From the sequence record ON287372.1: a stretch of DNA of 64,000 nucleotides, one strand, 5' to 3'. Position numbers and translations under genes: made by a program. Below are positions 38,662-49,443 of the stretch, one piece after another. The notes under the pieces were generated by a model. The model saw only the letters and a program-made list of their open reading frames with translations, ran no database searches and was not told the DNA's origin. Position 1 is the stretch's first letter. Each line of letters begins with the position of its first letter.

Positions 38662-39738
38662 TTAGACGTCAGTGTATTCGATGAAACGCAAATAACCGCG
38701 CAGGAAACTTTCTACCAGCAGTGGTTCCAGGAAAGGAATTTCATTCAACCCAAATCCATTAACCCGGTATGTCCATTTAACGTGCTTACGAATATCGCAG
38801 GTGTTATCTGGACGAATACCTTTCACCAGATGGCCAATTTCACCGATGGTTGAGTTGAGCGTCCAGCGATCTTCTAAGCGATCGTAGTTAACATCGGTGG
38901 CGAAGATCTCTCCTTCGAGCTCAACGCTTTCCAAAGACGTCTGGGTGATGTCTGCTACTGCTCGACGCATGTAGCTTTCAACCTGGCCGATCTTAGGCTG
39001 GTTACCATCGATGTGATATCCAAATGGTTTACCGTACAGCGTACCGACGTAGAAACCTTCGCAGCTGTCTTTCTCGTTAGGACGGTTGATCAGTTTCAGT
39101 ACGAGGTCTGAAGTGGTATCGAAGAACAGAGCAACGTTAGGCAAGAACTGATACTCACCACGACGTTGACAGATCGCCTTATGCGCCCAGTTCAAATCGA
39201 ATTGGGTCTTGAGGTAATCTTTAAACAGCTCACCGAGTTCCTGTTTCCAACTACGTCCAGTGAACGGACCACGCCAGTTACCGAAGTCTTCGTTCATTGC
39301 ACCTTCAGCAATGCGATTACCAGCCGCCGTTAAGAAGCGACGATTGCCGTCGATCTTGAAACGAATCTTTTCAAAGAATTCGAACGTTACACCCTTAGGT
39401 GTATTTCTTTTCAGGAGACGCTTAATCTCCTTGCGGCTTATTGAATAACCAGAAGGTATACCCAAATACCAAATACTGGATTCACCACGCTCAGTAATAA
39501 CGACGATCTCTGTTTCTGAATCCAGAGGACGTTCCTTACGAAGCACGGCAATGATATCCATGTTATCTTTCATGACGTACAACTCATGAAGCTTGTAAAC
39601 GGAATAGCGACTCTTTTCACGAGTAACAAATTTATCAAAATTCATAACAGACATAATCTTCTCCTCAAATGGTTTCATAGGTATTTTGGAATGGTGTAAA
39701 ATAGGAGTAGTGACCGAAGCCACTACTCGAACTATCAT
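38662..39738 (-). CDS. hypothetical protein
   Basis: Up to 358 aa; the real start is probably internal (MKPFEEK or MSVMNFD). An early-promoter motif is at 39743. Confidence 0.65.
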   Translation of the reverse strand: MIVRVVASVTTPILHHSKIPMKPFEEKIMSVMNFDKFVTREKSRYSVYKLHELYVMKDNMDIIAVLRKERPLDSETEIVVITERGESSIWYLGIPSGYSISRKEIKRLLKRNTPKGVTFEFFEKIRFKIDGNRRFLTAAGNRIAEGAMNEDFGNWRGPFTGRSWKQELGELFKDYLKTQFDLNWAHKAICQRRGEYQFLPNVALFFDTTSDLVLKLINRPNEKDSCEGFYVGTLYGKPFGYHIDGNQPKIGQVESYMRRAVADITQTSLESVELEGEIFATDVNYDRLEDRWTLNSTIGEIGHLVKGIRPDNTCDIRKHVKWTYRVNGFGLNEIPFLEPLLVESFLRGYLRFIEYTDV

Positions 39739-39742
39739 TAAG

Positions 39743-39759
39743 GTAATATAGATCTCAAT
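39743..39759 (-). promoter_or_regulatory. early promoter
   Basis: ATTGAGATCTATATTAC; the core is exact and the upstream box is degenerate. Confidence 0.6.
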
Positions 39760-39768
39760 ATAACTGGA

Positions 39769-41883
39769 TTAGTAATAACTGTCGTAGACCTTACGACGAC
39801 GCTCATCGTTGATCTCTTCAATCTTACCAGAGATGTTAACCGAATCGATACCCATCTCAGACAGCATTTCACTTAGGTGGGTAATACGCTTCTCGTAACG
39901 GATTGCCAATGCAGGACTGTCCGCATTCTTGAGTTGTTCCAACGTACCTTCAATCTGACGTTGTAGTGCCTCAATATCCATGTGGCGTTGCTCTTCTTCT
40001 TTCGACATACCAGATGTCTCCAGAGCTCGAGTCATTACACGGCGTGCATCAATCCCGTAGTAGTCCAAGTTACGACCGTATACGCACAGCCAAACGCTCA
40101 GTAACCATGCGATGACGGTGTCATCATGTTTGCCTGAAGCGTGGTCGACACGACCATTCTTAGACACTAGTCCTGTTATTTCGGAGATCAGTACTTTATC
40201 GTGCACGCGACTCGCACCTTTCTTACCAGCAATCTGAAGAATTTCGTTGTAGAGAGTACGACGAGTTGTGGTACCAGTACAAAAACCAAATTTCGTTTTA
40301 CGACGAATGTAGAACGAGTCATCGCGATGATCCATCGCCCCTTTTATTTCCTGGAATGCGATACGGTCACTGTCAGCCTCGTCTACGATGGTGTTGAAAA
40401 TACGAGTGAACGGATCGATGCCGTCTTTGTGCAGCATGATACACAGGTAGTCGATAAAGGTTTGACCGGTTGATTTACGTTCAGGAATAAAGACTGACTT
40501 AGGATAACGGACTAACATCTGATGGAGGAACTCGGCGTACTTAGGAATAAGCGCCTCGTTAATGACCGAAGTACCTAGTACTGACAAATCATACGGGTCA
40601 GTGAAGATGAGCGTCAAGGCATCGTTACCGCCGCCTTCGGAGGTATCGGCCCCCACAATCATCTGAAGGTTAGGTCTACGTTCCTCTAACTCTTCTTTAC
40701 TCAAATACCAGTGGATTACGTAACCACCTGAGAATACCTCAGAGTAATCCGAATAACGCTGACTTGCAACGATCTGAGCCAGAATACCTTTATCTAATGG
40801 GTTATTAGCACCACCGGAAGTCCAGATGTTAAAGAAGTCACGGTCAGCCTCAGGACCATCAGCTTGGGCACGAGCCATGTTATCGTAATGCTCGCGGTCA
40901 CTAACGCCAACCTGAGTATGCGACCAGGTACCATTGATCAGAACCTGACGACCTTTACAAGCCAGTTTAACCATCCCTTCCAGTTCATCCTGACTACCGG
41001 CATCCAAGAAGTGTTCAGTCCAAGGAGCAGCCTCAGTCCACATCTTGTAGATGAACTCACCATCACGGTCAGTTTGTTCACCTGCGGTTGTAGTCATGAT
41101 AGTACCGTATGGCATACCACGGTCACGCGCTGCTTTGATCGCGGCGTTCATGCCTGGCATTGCTGCGGTGTATGCAACTTTGATGTGGGTAATGAATGGG
41201 GCTTCGTCCCAGCCTACGGTAGGGGAGGTGTTACCACGACCAACTTTGTTAGCACCGGCAGGGTCAGAACGAGATACTGCAACCGCCAACAGGTTTTGAC
41301 GCACGTTATACGTTGCCTTGTCCCCTGCGATAGTATCGGTCTTATCCGTGATAGTCATGTACGGAGGTAACAATTCACGAATCTGACGAACCTTGGTTGT
41401 AGTTTCGCTACGGAGTTCATCGGACTTAGTTACCAGAGAGATACGGGTCTTACGGTACTTGATGTACAGCAACCAGCTATACAGAGCATAAGACGAAATT
41501 GATTTACCAGTCTGACGGGGCTGAATCAACAAGTAAGCGACGTGATTCATGTACGACCAGATCAATGACATGTTCGCACGGTTAGCACGGAACAAATCAC
41601 CACCGTCACCAGCCGGGTTAGGAATGAGCATGCATTCCCGTAGGTAATACCAGATGTTGTATTCTGCCTCTAACTTAACATCAGCTTTTTGCTTATCGGT
41701 TAAGTTCGGGTCATGTGGGTCGACGTGCTCTAATTCTGGGTTGAGCAGTGCTAGAGGCCACCAACAGTTCTCAATGTCCATCTTTTGCAATACGCCCACG
41801 AATCGCTTAAACGATTTATTTTTTGTACTGATGTGGGGAATTGCACTGGGGAACTTATCCCAATCTGATTTGTGAAGTATCAT
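39769..41883 (-). CDS. terL: terminase large subunit
   Basis: 704 aa with Walker A QPRQTGKS, Walker B VGWDE, nuclease IVGADTSEG and C-terminal HDDTVIAW. Confidence 0.93.
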   Translation of the reverse strand: MILHKSDWDKFPSAIPHISTKNKSFKRFVGVLQKMDIENCWWPLALLNPELEHVDPHDPNLTDKQKADVKLEAEYNIWYYLRECMLIPNPAGDGGDLFRANRANMSLIWSYMNHVAYLLIQPRQTGKSISSYALYSWLLYIKYRKTRISLVTKSDELRSETTTKVRQIRELLPPYMTITDKTDTIAGDKATYNVRQNLLAVAVSRSDPAGANKVGRGNTSPTVGWDEAPFITHIKVAYTAAMPGMNAAIKAARDRGMPYGTIMTTTAGEQTDRDGEFIYKMWTEAAPWTEHFLDAGSQDELEGMVKLACKGRQVLINGTWSHTQVGVSDREHYDNMARAQADGPEADRDFFNIWTSGGANNPLDKGILAQIVASQRYSDYSEVFSGGYVIHWYLSKEELEERRPNLQMIVGADTSEGGGNDALTLIFTDPYDLSVLGTSVINEALIPKYAEFLHQMLVRYPKSVFIPERKSTGQTFIDYLCIMLHKDGIDPFTRIFNTIVDEADSDRIAFQEIKGAMDHRDDSFYIRRKTKFGFCTGTTTRRTLYNEILQIAGKKGASRVHDKVLISEITGLVSKNGRVDHASGKHDDTVIAWLLSVWLCVYGRNLDYYGIDARRVMTRALETSGMSKEEEQRHMDIEALQRQIEGTLEQLKNADSPALAIRYEKRITHLSEMLSEMGIDSVNISGKIEEINDERRRKVYDSYY

Positions 41884-42026
41884 CTTATTGCTCCATAAAC
41901 GTTTGGCTTTAATAGTTAATACTGAGCAAACCAGCTCAGCAAATAGGCGTATAGCCTCTATAGGGCCTCACAATAAGACAAAATAAAGAGAGGACACCCT
42001 AAGGTGCCCTCTCGGTTTATAATCGA

Positions 42027-43748
42027 TTACGGAAGGTTCTGACGAATAATCAGGCCACTGGTACCCAATTGCAAATCGACATCGTCGACTTCTTTGATCC
42101 AGTGAACTGCCGCCAACTCGCCAACTTTACCGCCAGTCGGGATAGTGAATGGACGGTTCCAATCAGAGATCGGACGACGAACACGCATACTATCTACAAC
42201 GATAACGAAGTGAGTAGGTTCTGGTGGCGCTGTCTCATTGCTGCTATCGTAGAGTGGGTGCGTACGATAGTAGATGCGATCCAGCCATTCTTCCATCGTT
42301 TTAGCCTGCCCTGCGATATCGACACTCCAGTTCTGAGAGCTCACGAACTTCAGACGACATTCCAAACTGCCGCCGTAGTCTTCGTCACCATCTTCGAAGT
42401 TAACGAACCATGGAGTACCGTCATCGGTCACGCCATCCTTAATCAGAGAGATAACGTTCTTCTGAGTATGGCGATACGGTTGGAAGCTAGGGTCGACACG
42501 AGACAAGTCAACACTGAACTGCATGTGTTGTTTAAGCCCGTATGCTTTTGGATCCCAGGTCGCTGAGCTCGGCGCAATCTCGATCAGGTTAGTGACATCG
42601 TACATCGAGAGGCGATCCAACGAGTGCAGCCAGTAACGCAGACGATAACCGTTGTTTGCATCTACCCAATAAGGGTACATGAACAGCTTAACCGCAAACG
42701 CATTACGTACAGCTACAGTTTCGATGGTGTAGCGAACTGCTACAACGCCGTTAGCCGAAGTATTCGTACCAGAGTAACTCTCAGTACTATCCAGCTGATA
42801 GAACAACGTCAGCGGGTTCTCACGACCAACTTCAGTGGATACGTACTCACGGAAACCAGAGAGTTTGATTTTGGAATCATCAATCGGTTTCAGAGGAGAC
42901 ACAGTACCATCACTGTAAGTTACACGACAACCCAGGTCAATCGAATCCATCAATGCCTGAGAAGGAATCAACAGACGGGTTTTATCCGTAGGAGACATGT
43001 AACTGGAAACCAGCTCAATGGAGTTGATCTCACGTTGCGCTGTGTTGTTCTGGCGAATGATGCCGGAATCGATTGCACGCATCAGAACTTTAGAAGTTGG
43101 TAACCCTTCAGCACTGTAGCAAACAACCATTACAGATTCGCCCTGTTTGATTGGACGTTTAGACCAACCTTCCAGAGGAACTTTGTAATCCGCATTACCC
43201 GCAATGTCGTTAACCTTAACCAGGTCAATTGTGTCACCGTGGTAGTTGCCAGATTGATCGTACCAGGCAGACAGCACTTCTGGGTTAGAGGTGATATCTT
43301 CACCGGCATAGACACGTACGTTGATTGCACTCTTAGAGTAGTAGTGCAACAAACTATCAAAGCTCATGCGAGGAGGGTTGACAGTAGAATCCACGTAGAT
43401 GAAGTAACCGGATTGCGGATAACGAGGACCCACACCCAGGAGTTTATCGGCGGCACCAGAGCCTTCGCTAGTTGGCGGAGTGTAATCTACCAACTTAGAG
43501 AGCAGGGTGGATTGGTCGACTTCAGAAACCAGATAGTCACCAGTTTCCGGGTCGAATACCTTGTCGCCTTTATTAGGGACGTAACGACCGATGTTACCTG
43601 CCCCGATGTTTGCACGCCCACGGTAAATTTCAGAGATGTTCCAATAGTGCCAAAGACCCTTTGGATTCCAAACCGGGACATCGCCCGGCGTGGTATCCGT
43701 AAGTCCTGTAACGTAAGGCACGTTGCCATTCGTTTTCAAGACAGTCAT
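42027..43748 (-). CDS. putative virion tail/baseplate protein (phiKZ gp26 position)
   Basis: 573 aa, beta-rich, between the terminase and the sheath genes. Confidence 0.65.
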   Translation of the reverse strand: MTVLKTNGNVPYVTGLTDTTPGDVPVWNPKGLWHYWNISEIYRGRANIGAGNIGRYVPNKGDKVFDPETGDYLVSEVDQSTLLSKLVDYTPPTSEGSGAADKLLGVGPRYPQSGYFIYVDSTVNPPRMSFDSLLHYYSKSAINVRVYAGEDITSNPEVLSAWYDQSGNYHGDTIDLVKVNDIAGNADYKVPLEGWSKRPIKQGESVMVVCYSAEGLPTSKVLMRAIDSGIIRQNNTAQREINSIELVSSYMSPTDKTRLLIPSQALMDSIDLGCRVTYSDGTVSPLKPIDDSKIKLSGFREYVSTEVGRENPLTLFYQLDSTESYSGTNTSANGVVAVRYTIETVAVRNAFAVKLFMYPYWVDANNGYRLRYWLHSLDRLSMYDVTNLIEIAPSSATWDPKAYGLKQHMQFSVDLSRVDPSFQPYRHTQKNVISLIKDGVTDDGTPWFVNFEDGDEDYGGSLECRLKFVSSQNWSVDIAGQAKTMEEWLDRIYYRTHPLYDSSNETAPPEPTHFVIVVDSMRVRRPISDWNRPFTIPTGGKVGELAAVHWIKEVDDVDLQLGTSGLIIRQNLP

Positions 43749-46312
43749 ACTTTATTGTCCTTGAGGATGAAGAAGTTATTTAGGGCGAGCTTGCCGCGTA
43801 AGTAAACCTGATTGACCTCTTCAAAGAATTGCCACGTATTCAAATCGATTTCTAACATCCCATCGAATGGGTGGCAATCAATCCGCAGATAGTTCTCATT
43901 CAGCGTGCTACGACATGGGTCAATGTTCAGATAGTCGAGGTACTGATTGATTACGTTGGCTAACGTAACACGATCTTTTGGATTAGAAGGAGGCGTCAAT
44001 GTACCCAGGTTGATTTCATAGTAGAGGCGAGTGATCAGCGGACTGAACAGCCGATAATGTTCTTTAATCGGGTTCGGGCCTTCTACCTTGATCTCAGGGT
44101 ACTTCAACGTCATGTAATCACTTAAACGTTTATCGCTTTCTTCCCCACGAGCTTTCAGTATTGCGTTGTCAGCTGTAGAGATACCAAACAGTGGGACGTA
44201 CATGGTCATTTCAGAATACGCAGTCCCATTTGGAACTTCAATGATCCCTGGGTTATCGACGTTCTCAGCAAATGGCAGTTCACTTGCTAATGCGATTTTC
44301 CCATCTACGACACAGCGCATGACCTTATCGTCACGTACATCGAAGCGTCCATTCAGGCTAAGAATGCCTTGGTAAGCAAACCCAGCATCGTCAGGCTTAC
44401 GACGCTTAACGGTTGGCGTTTCCCAGCCCATGCCACGGATAGTGAATCGCTGAGTGTCACCTGGGATATTGTACCGAGGTGTCAACACCGTGACCACCGG
44501 CCACTCCACTACGTAGTCCAGCCCTTCAATCAGAGAATGACTGCCCTGGAAGATATCCAGTACCTCCGGTTTAATCGGAAGAGCCGTGCCGAGCTGTTTA
44601 GAGTGGGTAATGGTAAACCGCATGATGCCATCGGATGGATTAACATCCTGGGTATAGCAGAGGAAATATTGGTTAGACAACACCAAGCCTGTGTTACGTG
44701 ACTTAACGTGAACCCAGCTGACTTTCCCAGTAGGACTGATCATGTAATCAGTACCCTCTACTGCCGGACGCCATGCCTCTGTTATAACACCGTTTTTAAT
44801 CGGGCTGACAAAGAAGTAGTACTGGTATTGATCACCCATCTGGAAATCATCATTAGACGGATTCCAGCGGAGGTCTTTAGTTCCCTGACCCTGAATCATT
44901 TCGACCAAGCCCGTCCCTTCAAACTTAGTGAAGAAACGTTCACTATACCCGTCGAAGCTCCAACCCAAGAACTCACCGCTACGAGTGTATTCAAAGAAGG
45001 TGCCGCCTTGCTGAATCCCGAATGGAACTGAAGACCAGTCGCCATTGGTATCTTCCTTGACGGTAACCGGGCTATCGGCAAAGAGTTTAGCGAGAGCGTT
45101 GTACCCGTAAGCATTCATGACATCAGTCGCAGTGAAGGTAGCATACTGGTCACGCATGATAGCGGTGTACATGGAGGATTCAAGATTCTCAACTTTCCAC
45201 TCAGGGATCGTTGCATCAATACCTAACATCGCACGCAGGATATCCATATCAGGTAAACGATACAGAGTCTGAATGCGATTGACTTCATTAATCAGTGGAC
45301 GCTGATATCCGCTATCGCGGAGGTGAAGTCGGATGTAGAAGTTATCGCGAGTAGTCCAGTTGTCCATCACGTAGTTATAAATGTAACCAGTCGGGATGGA
45401 GTAATCAGCATGGGTAACCATGCGCATGGAGTCTTCGCGGTTACGTTGATAGTACCGGCCAATCAGACGGTCGTTACCATTACCTGTTTTGGCATAGAGG
45501 TAGATATCAATGTCGTCCCGATAATAGATCATCTCTTCGTGAGAGTTCTTACTCGGGTGTAACAAATACTTTTTCGTTTTATCCAAGGTAGAAGTGAACT
45601 CAGGGAGGGACGTCAACTTGAAGTCAACGATCCTTGTGACAGCACTGTCATAAATCCACTCTACCAAATCGCCTGTAATCAACGTAGCCGGGTTTAAATC
45701 GTCTACCCATACCCCATTGACGAAAACATTAACGATACCGCGCTTCTTGCGCCATGCTCGTATTTCGTCACGCCACTTTTTACTGTCGTTGGAAGTACGG
45801 TACTCACCACCGCCGTATGCGACTTTAGTTTCGATGTTTGCGGAACGAACAGAAGAGAAGAACGCATTGTTGTAAATGCGGAGGTACAGATTCTCTTCAT
45901 CCAGATCCCAACGAGACTTATACAGCTTAACCGCGATAACTAAGTTATCATTGTTAGTACGCAATACGTAACTGGTGAAGGTTGGAATACGTTGACCATC
46001 GTTCAGATACAGATCGGTGATTAAGTTACCCGTTTCAGACCAAGCACTCAACTGGAACCAAACATTCCGTTGATCCGGCAAGTTGGTACGCCAGCTGCTG
46101 TTGTTACCAATCTGATAAACGTGGTAGAACTCATCTTTAGTAGGCAGAGGTGTGTCCGTCCATTGAATCAGGACAGATTGCAAACCGCCACCATCACGAC
46201 TGATCCGAGTCAGGTTAAGGATAACCTGGCGATCTTGAAAAGGTGCGCACCAAAGGTTAGTGCGCGCATGGTCGAGTAGAAAACGTTCAGTAATACTATT
46301 CATGTCGCGCAC
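43745..46312 (-). CDS. putative virion tail/baseplate protein (phiKZ gp27 position)
   Basis: 855 aa; assigned by gene order. Confidence 0.65.
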   Translation of the reverse strand: MRDMNSITERFLLDHARTNLWCAPFQDRQVILNLTRISRDGGGLQSVLIQWTDTPLPTKDEFYHVYQIGNNSSWRTNLPDQRNVWFQLSAWSETGNLITDLYLNDGQRIPTFTSYVLRTNNDNLVIAVKLYKSRWDLDEENLYLRIYNNAFFSSVRSANIETKVAYGGGEYRTSNDSKKWRDEIRAWRKKRGIVNVFVNGVWVDDLNPATLITGDLVEWIYDSAVTRIVDFKLTSLPEFTSTLDKTKKYLLHPSKNSHEEMIYYRDDIDIYLYAKTGNGNDRLIGRYYQRNREDSMRMVTHADYSIPTGYIYNYVMDNWTTRDNFYIRLHLRDSGYQRPLINEVNRIQTLYRLPDMDILRAMLGIDATIPEWKVENLESSMYTAIMRDQYATFTATDVMNAYGYNALAKLFADSPVTVKEDTNGDWSSVPFGIQQGGTFFEYTRSGEFLGWSFDGYSERFFTKFEGTGLVEMIQGQGTKDLRWNPSNDDFQMGDQYQYYFFVSPIKNGVITEAWRPAVEGTDYMISPTGKVSWVHVKSRNTGLVLSNQYFLCYTQDVNPSDGIMRFTITHSKQLGTALPIKPEVLDIFQGSHSLIEGLDYVVEWPVVTVLTPRYNIPGDTQRFTIRGMGWETPTVKRRKPDDAGFAYQGILSLNGRFDVRDDKVMRCVVDGKIALASELPFAENVDNPGIIEVPNGTAYSEMTMYVPLFGISTADNAILKARGEESDKRLSDYMTLKYPEIKVEGPNPIKEHYRLFSPLITRLYYEINLGTLTPPSNPKDRVTLANVINQYLDYLNIDPCRSTLNENYLRIDCHPFDGMLEIDLNTWQFFEEVNQVYLRGKLALNNFFILKDNKV

Positions 46313-46319
46313 CTTGGGA

Positions 46320-47255
46320 TTAAACGATTTTCAATTCACGAATCAAACCATCGATACGCTGGCAATAAGCCTGGGCACCCAGGTTACGACCTTCGCGTTC
46401 GATCAACTGACTCAGTGCAGCTTTACGAGCCAGGCGGTCAGTAGTACCGGTATAAACCATTGAGACGAATGCCGGCGGGAATTCCAGAGAGGCAGCCAAC
46501 ACTTCTTTAGTATCAGCAGAACCAAACCAACCGGTACCAGTCATTGCCCACAGGACACGACGGTCAATGCCACTCAGTGCAACAGTGCCGCTGTTCTTAA
46601 CCAGGGCGATGTTACAGAAGTCGTCCAAGTTAGCTAAATAAGGAAGCGGAGCTAGCCAGTCGATGACTTTCTGTGCAGGAAGACGCAATGCGCGAGCAAT
46701 ACGTACGGCCAACATCTTGTTAGAGTCGGCAGTAAAGTCTTCCTTATTTAAGTGCAGGCACATGTAGTAGTAAGCCGCAAATACCTGGACACGAGGAGAA
46801 CTTTCTTCGTTCAGGTTGAAACGGCTACGGAGCAGACCACCGATCCAACGAGCAAAGATAACAATCGGTACGTCACCGGCGAACAGCAGAGGACGTCCAC
46901 CGAATTTATCCCAATGCATTTCCAGCAGTGCGCGACGAGTAAAGTGACCTACAGTCCCTTCGTTAGAAAGGATAGGGCGACCATTACCAGCGTCACGCAG
47001 TTGGCTACGATAAGGACGCAGATCGATCACGTAGAAAGGAGCTTCACTTGCGCCAGCTTGCACTTTCATCAAATGGAAGAAAGTCGGGATCATGTCAGTA
47101 CGTGCGCTCTTTTCAACCAGGCAGTACAGATCCGGAATTCCAGGGATCAGATCAGCAGTCAGAGTACCTTCTGCTTTCGCTACCAACAGGCGGCCGGGCA
47201 AAGTACCCTGATAGTAGATACTTCCAGCGGTAGTATCGTAGGTTCGTTTGAACAT
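46320..47255 (-). CDS. putative virion protein (phiKZ gp28 position)
   Basis: 311 aa, divergent from the sheath gene; assigned by gene order. Confidence 0.6.
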   Translation of the reverse strand: MFKRTYDTTAGSIYYQGTLPGRLLVAKAEGTLTADLIPGIPDLYCLVEKSARTDMIPTFFHLMKVQAGASEAPFYVIDLRPYRSQLRDAGNGRPILSNEGTVGHFTRRALLEMHWDKFGGRPLLFAGDVPIVIFARWIGGLLRSRFNLNEESSPRVQVFAAYYYMCLHLNKEDFTADSNKMLAVRIARALRLPAQKVIDWLAPLPYLANLDDFCNIALVKNSGTVALSGIDRRVLWAMTGTGWFGSADTKEVLAASLEFPPAFVSMVYTGTTDRLARKAALSQLIEREGRNLGAQAYCQRIDGLIRELKIV

Positions 47256-47319
47256 TTCTACTCTCCAAATGTTTCACTTAGGCTTAAATGCTTATTATGA
47301 CACGTAATGTAACACGTGA

Positions 47320-47329
47320 TATGTACATA
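47320..47329. promoter_or_regulatory. palindromic pair of TATG late-promoter motifs
   Basis: TATGTACATA lies between the divergent gp28-like and sheath genes. Confidence 0.55.
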
Positions 47330-47364
47330 CTTACGTAAGATCACTCTGTATACGGAGCAACACC

Positions 47365-49443
47365 ATGTCTGAGCAAATCACCAGCTCTACTCCCAATATT
47401 TATTATCGGGGTACTCGGGACACGTCCTATCAGCGTACTACAGGGGCAGCAACTACACTGCCTCTGCACCGCCCTTTGATTCCGTTTTTCTCACGGAAAG
47501 GGCCAACTACGCCGATGTGGATCGACCCTAACAAGTTCGAAGACATCTTCGGTTCCGAAGCTGTTGACCTGAACTCCCCTTACGCAACTCACTCTACGCC
47601 ATTCGTTATCGAAGCACGTAAAGCGGGCAACCAATTCCTGGCAATGCGTGTCGAGCCGGAAGATATCCCAGACGAAGCTACTCTCGGTTTGTCCGTTGAC
47701 TGGATGAAGAAAGATCTTCCGGACTACAAACGTGACGAAGAAGGTCGTTTCCTCCTGGATGAGCACGGTCAGAAAATCCCAGCTGGTACTACCACTGCTG
47801 GTATCCTGATGTCCTTCGTCTTCGGTCCGATTCCAGTAGACGCTAATTCCAAACAAACTATGTTCGGTCAGCGTGAAAAAACAGAAGGTAACCTGGGCGA
47901 CGACACCGTCGGTAAATCTCAGATCCTGCCTCTGGTAGACTGGATTGCTCGTGACAAATCTTCTCTGGGCTCGAATACCGCTCTGCGTATCTGGGCGCCA
48001 ACTACTCAGTCGCGTCAGGCCGCAGATTCCGATCTGCAGACTCGCGTCAAGTCTTTCCTGTATCGCTTCCAGATGCTGGTTCGCGATAACGCACTGACTT
48101 CTCCGACTATCCTGGAGACTCTGTCTCAGGAATCTTCGGCTCTGGTCAGTCTGGGCAAAGACACCATCGACCGTGAAACCGGGATCGTTTACGATTTCGA
48201 AGAGCGTATCGATAGTCGTTATAACGACAGCGATCCGTCCACCTGGTTGGAATCTCCGATTGCCAAACCGCACCTGTATCAGGCGAACGTGGACTTGCTG
48301 CTGAAGGAAATCCAGGCACTGGAATCTGCAGTTAACCAGGCTGTTTCGGCAGACCCGGATGACCTGTACGAAATCAACCTGTTCGGCGCGCAGACCGTTG
48401 AAGGTGTTCCGTACCACGCAGTTCAGATCCAACCTGTTTCTGAAGGCGGCACCGTGCTGTCTGAAAACGCAACCTTCTACATGCAAGGCGGCGGTGATGG
48501 TACTCTGGGCAACGTATCCTTTAACAAGGCCGTCGGTAAAATCCTGAGCAACCTGACCAGCAACACCGGTATCAACCTGAGCAACATGGCTCGTTATCCG
48601 TTCAACGCATTCTGGGATTCGGGTTATGACCTGGATACCAAACAGCTCATCCCGGCAATCATCGGCTTCCGTGCTGATACCTGGATCAGCTTGTGTACAC
48701 AGGATATCAGCCGCCCGAACAACACCAACGAAGAAGAAGAGTCCATCGCTCTTTCTCTGTTGACTCGCGTTCAGCAATTCCCTGATTCTACCGATTTCGC
48801 GACTCCGGCATTCCGTGGTCAGATCGTAGGTCAGTGCGGTGAATACACCGGTACTACCCGTAAGATCCGTGTTCCTCTGAACCTGGATCGGTTCGCAGCA
48901 ATGTGCTCTTATGCCGGTGCTGCTAATGGCGTACTGAAATCTGAAAATGCGATCGACGACGGTGCAAACCGTATCGTTCAAGTCGTCAAAAACGTTTCCA
49001 ACCTGGACAAGTCCTGGCGTGTTAAACGCCGCCAATGGGCGAGCGGTCTGGTATACGTAGAAGACTACGATACTCTGTCCCAGTTCTACCCTGGCCAACA
49101 GAGCTTCTACTCCGAACCTGGTTCGGTACTGAAGTCTTCGATGACTGGTCTGCTGGTTGCCAACATCAACCGCTTCGGCTTTGATGCATGGCGTGACCTG
49201 TCGGGTAATGCGAAGTTGACCGACGATCAGCTGCTGGAACGTACCGAGAAGATCGTTACTGACCGCGGCGCTAACGCATTTGACAACCGTCTGCGTTACG
49301 TTCCTCATGCACAGATCACCGACGGTGACCGTGAACGCGGTTACAGCTGGTCGCTGCGTGTTGACTTCGGTGCAAACCACATGCGCACCGTTCTGGACAT
49401 GTCGTCCGTAGCTTATAGTGCCGAGGAGTTAGCGAATGGCTAA
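47365..49443 (+). CDS. contractile tail sheath protein
   Basis: 692 aa starting PNIYYRGTRD.S and RKGP. It has a sheath-like C-terminal domain (WDSGY...K), strong codon bias and the gp29 position. Confidence 0.85.
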   Translation: MSEQITSSTPNIYYRGTRDTSYQRTTGAATTLPLHRPLIPFFSRKGPTTPMWIDPNKFEDIFGSEAVDLNSPYATHSTPFVIEARKAGNQFLAMRVEPEDIPDEATLGLSVDWMKKDLPDYKRDEEGRFLLDEHGQKIPAGTTTAGILMSFVFGPIPVDANSKQTMFGQREKTEGNLGDDTVGKSQILPLVDWIARDKSSLGSNTALRIWAPTTQSRQAADSDLQTRVKSFLYRFQMLVRDNALTSPTILETLSQESSALVSLGKDTIDRETGIVYDFEERIDSRYNDSDPSTWLESPIAKPHLYQANVDLLLKEIQALESAVNQAVSADPDDLYEINLFGAQTVEGVPYHAVQIQPVSEGGTVLSENATFYMQGGGDGTLGNVSFNKAVGKILSNLTSNTGINLSNMARYPFNAFWDSGYDLDTKQLIPAIIGFRADTWISLCTQDISRPNNTNEEEESIALSLLTRVQQFPDSTDFATPAFRGQIVGQCGEYTGTTRKIRVPLNLDRFAAMCSYAGAANGVLKSENAIDDGANRIVQVVKNVSNLDKSWRVKRRQWASGLVYVEDYDTLSQFYPGQQSFYSEPGSVLKSSMTGLLVANINRFGFDAWRDLSGNAKLTDDQLLERTEKIVTDRGANAFDNRLRYVPHAQITDGDRERGYSWSLRVDFGANHMRTVLDMSSVAYSAEELANG

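Noticed and set aside
47491-49380. 629-aa minus-strand ORF opposite the tail sheath
   Set aside because: Same antisense-shadow artefact.
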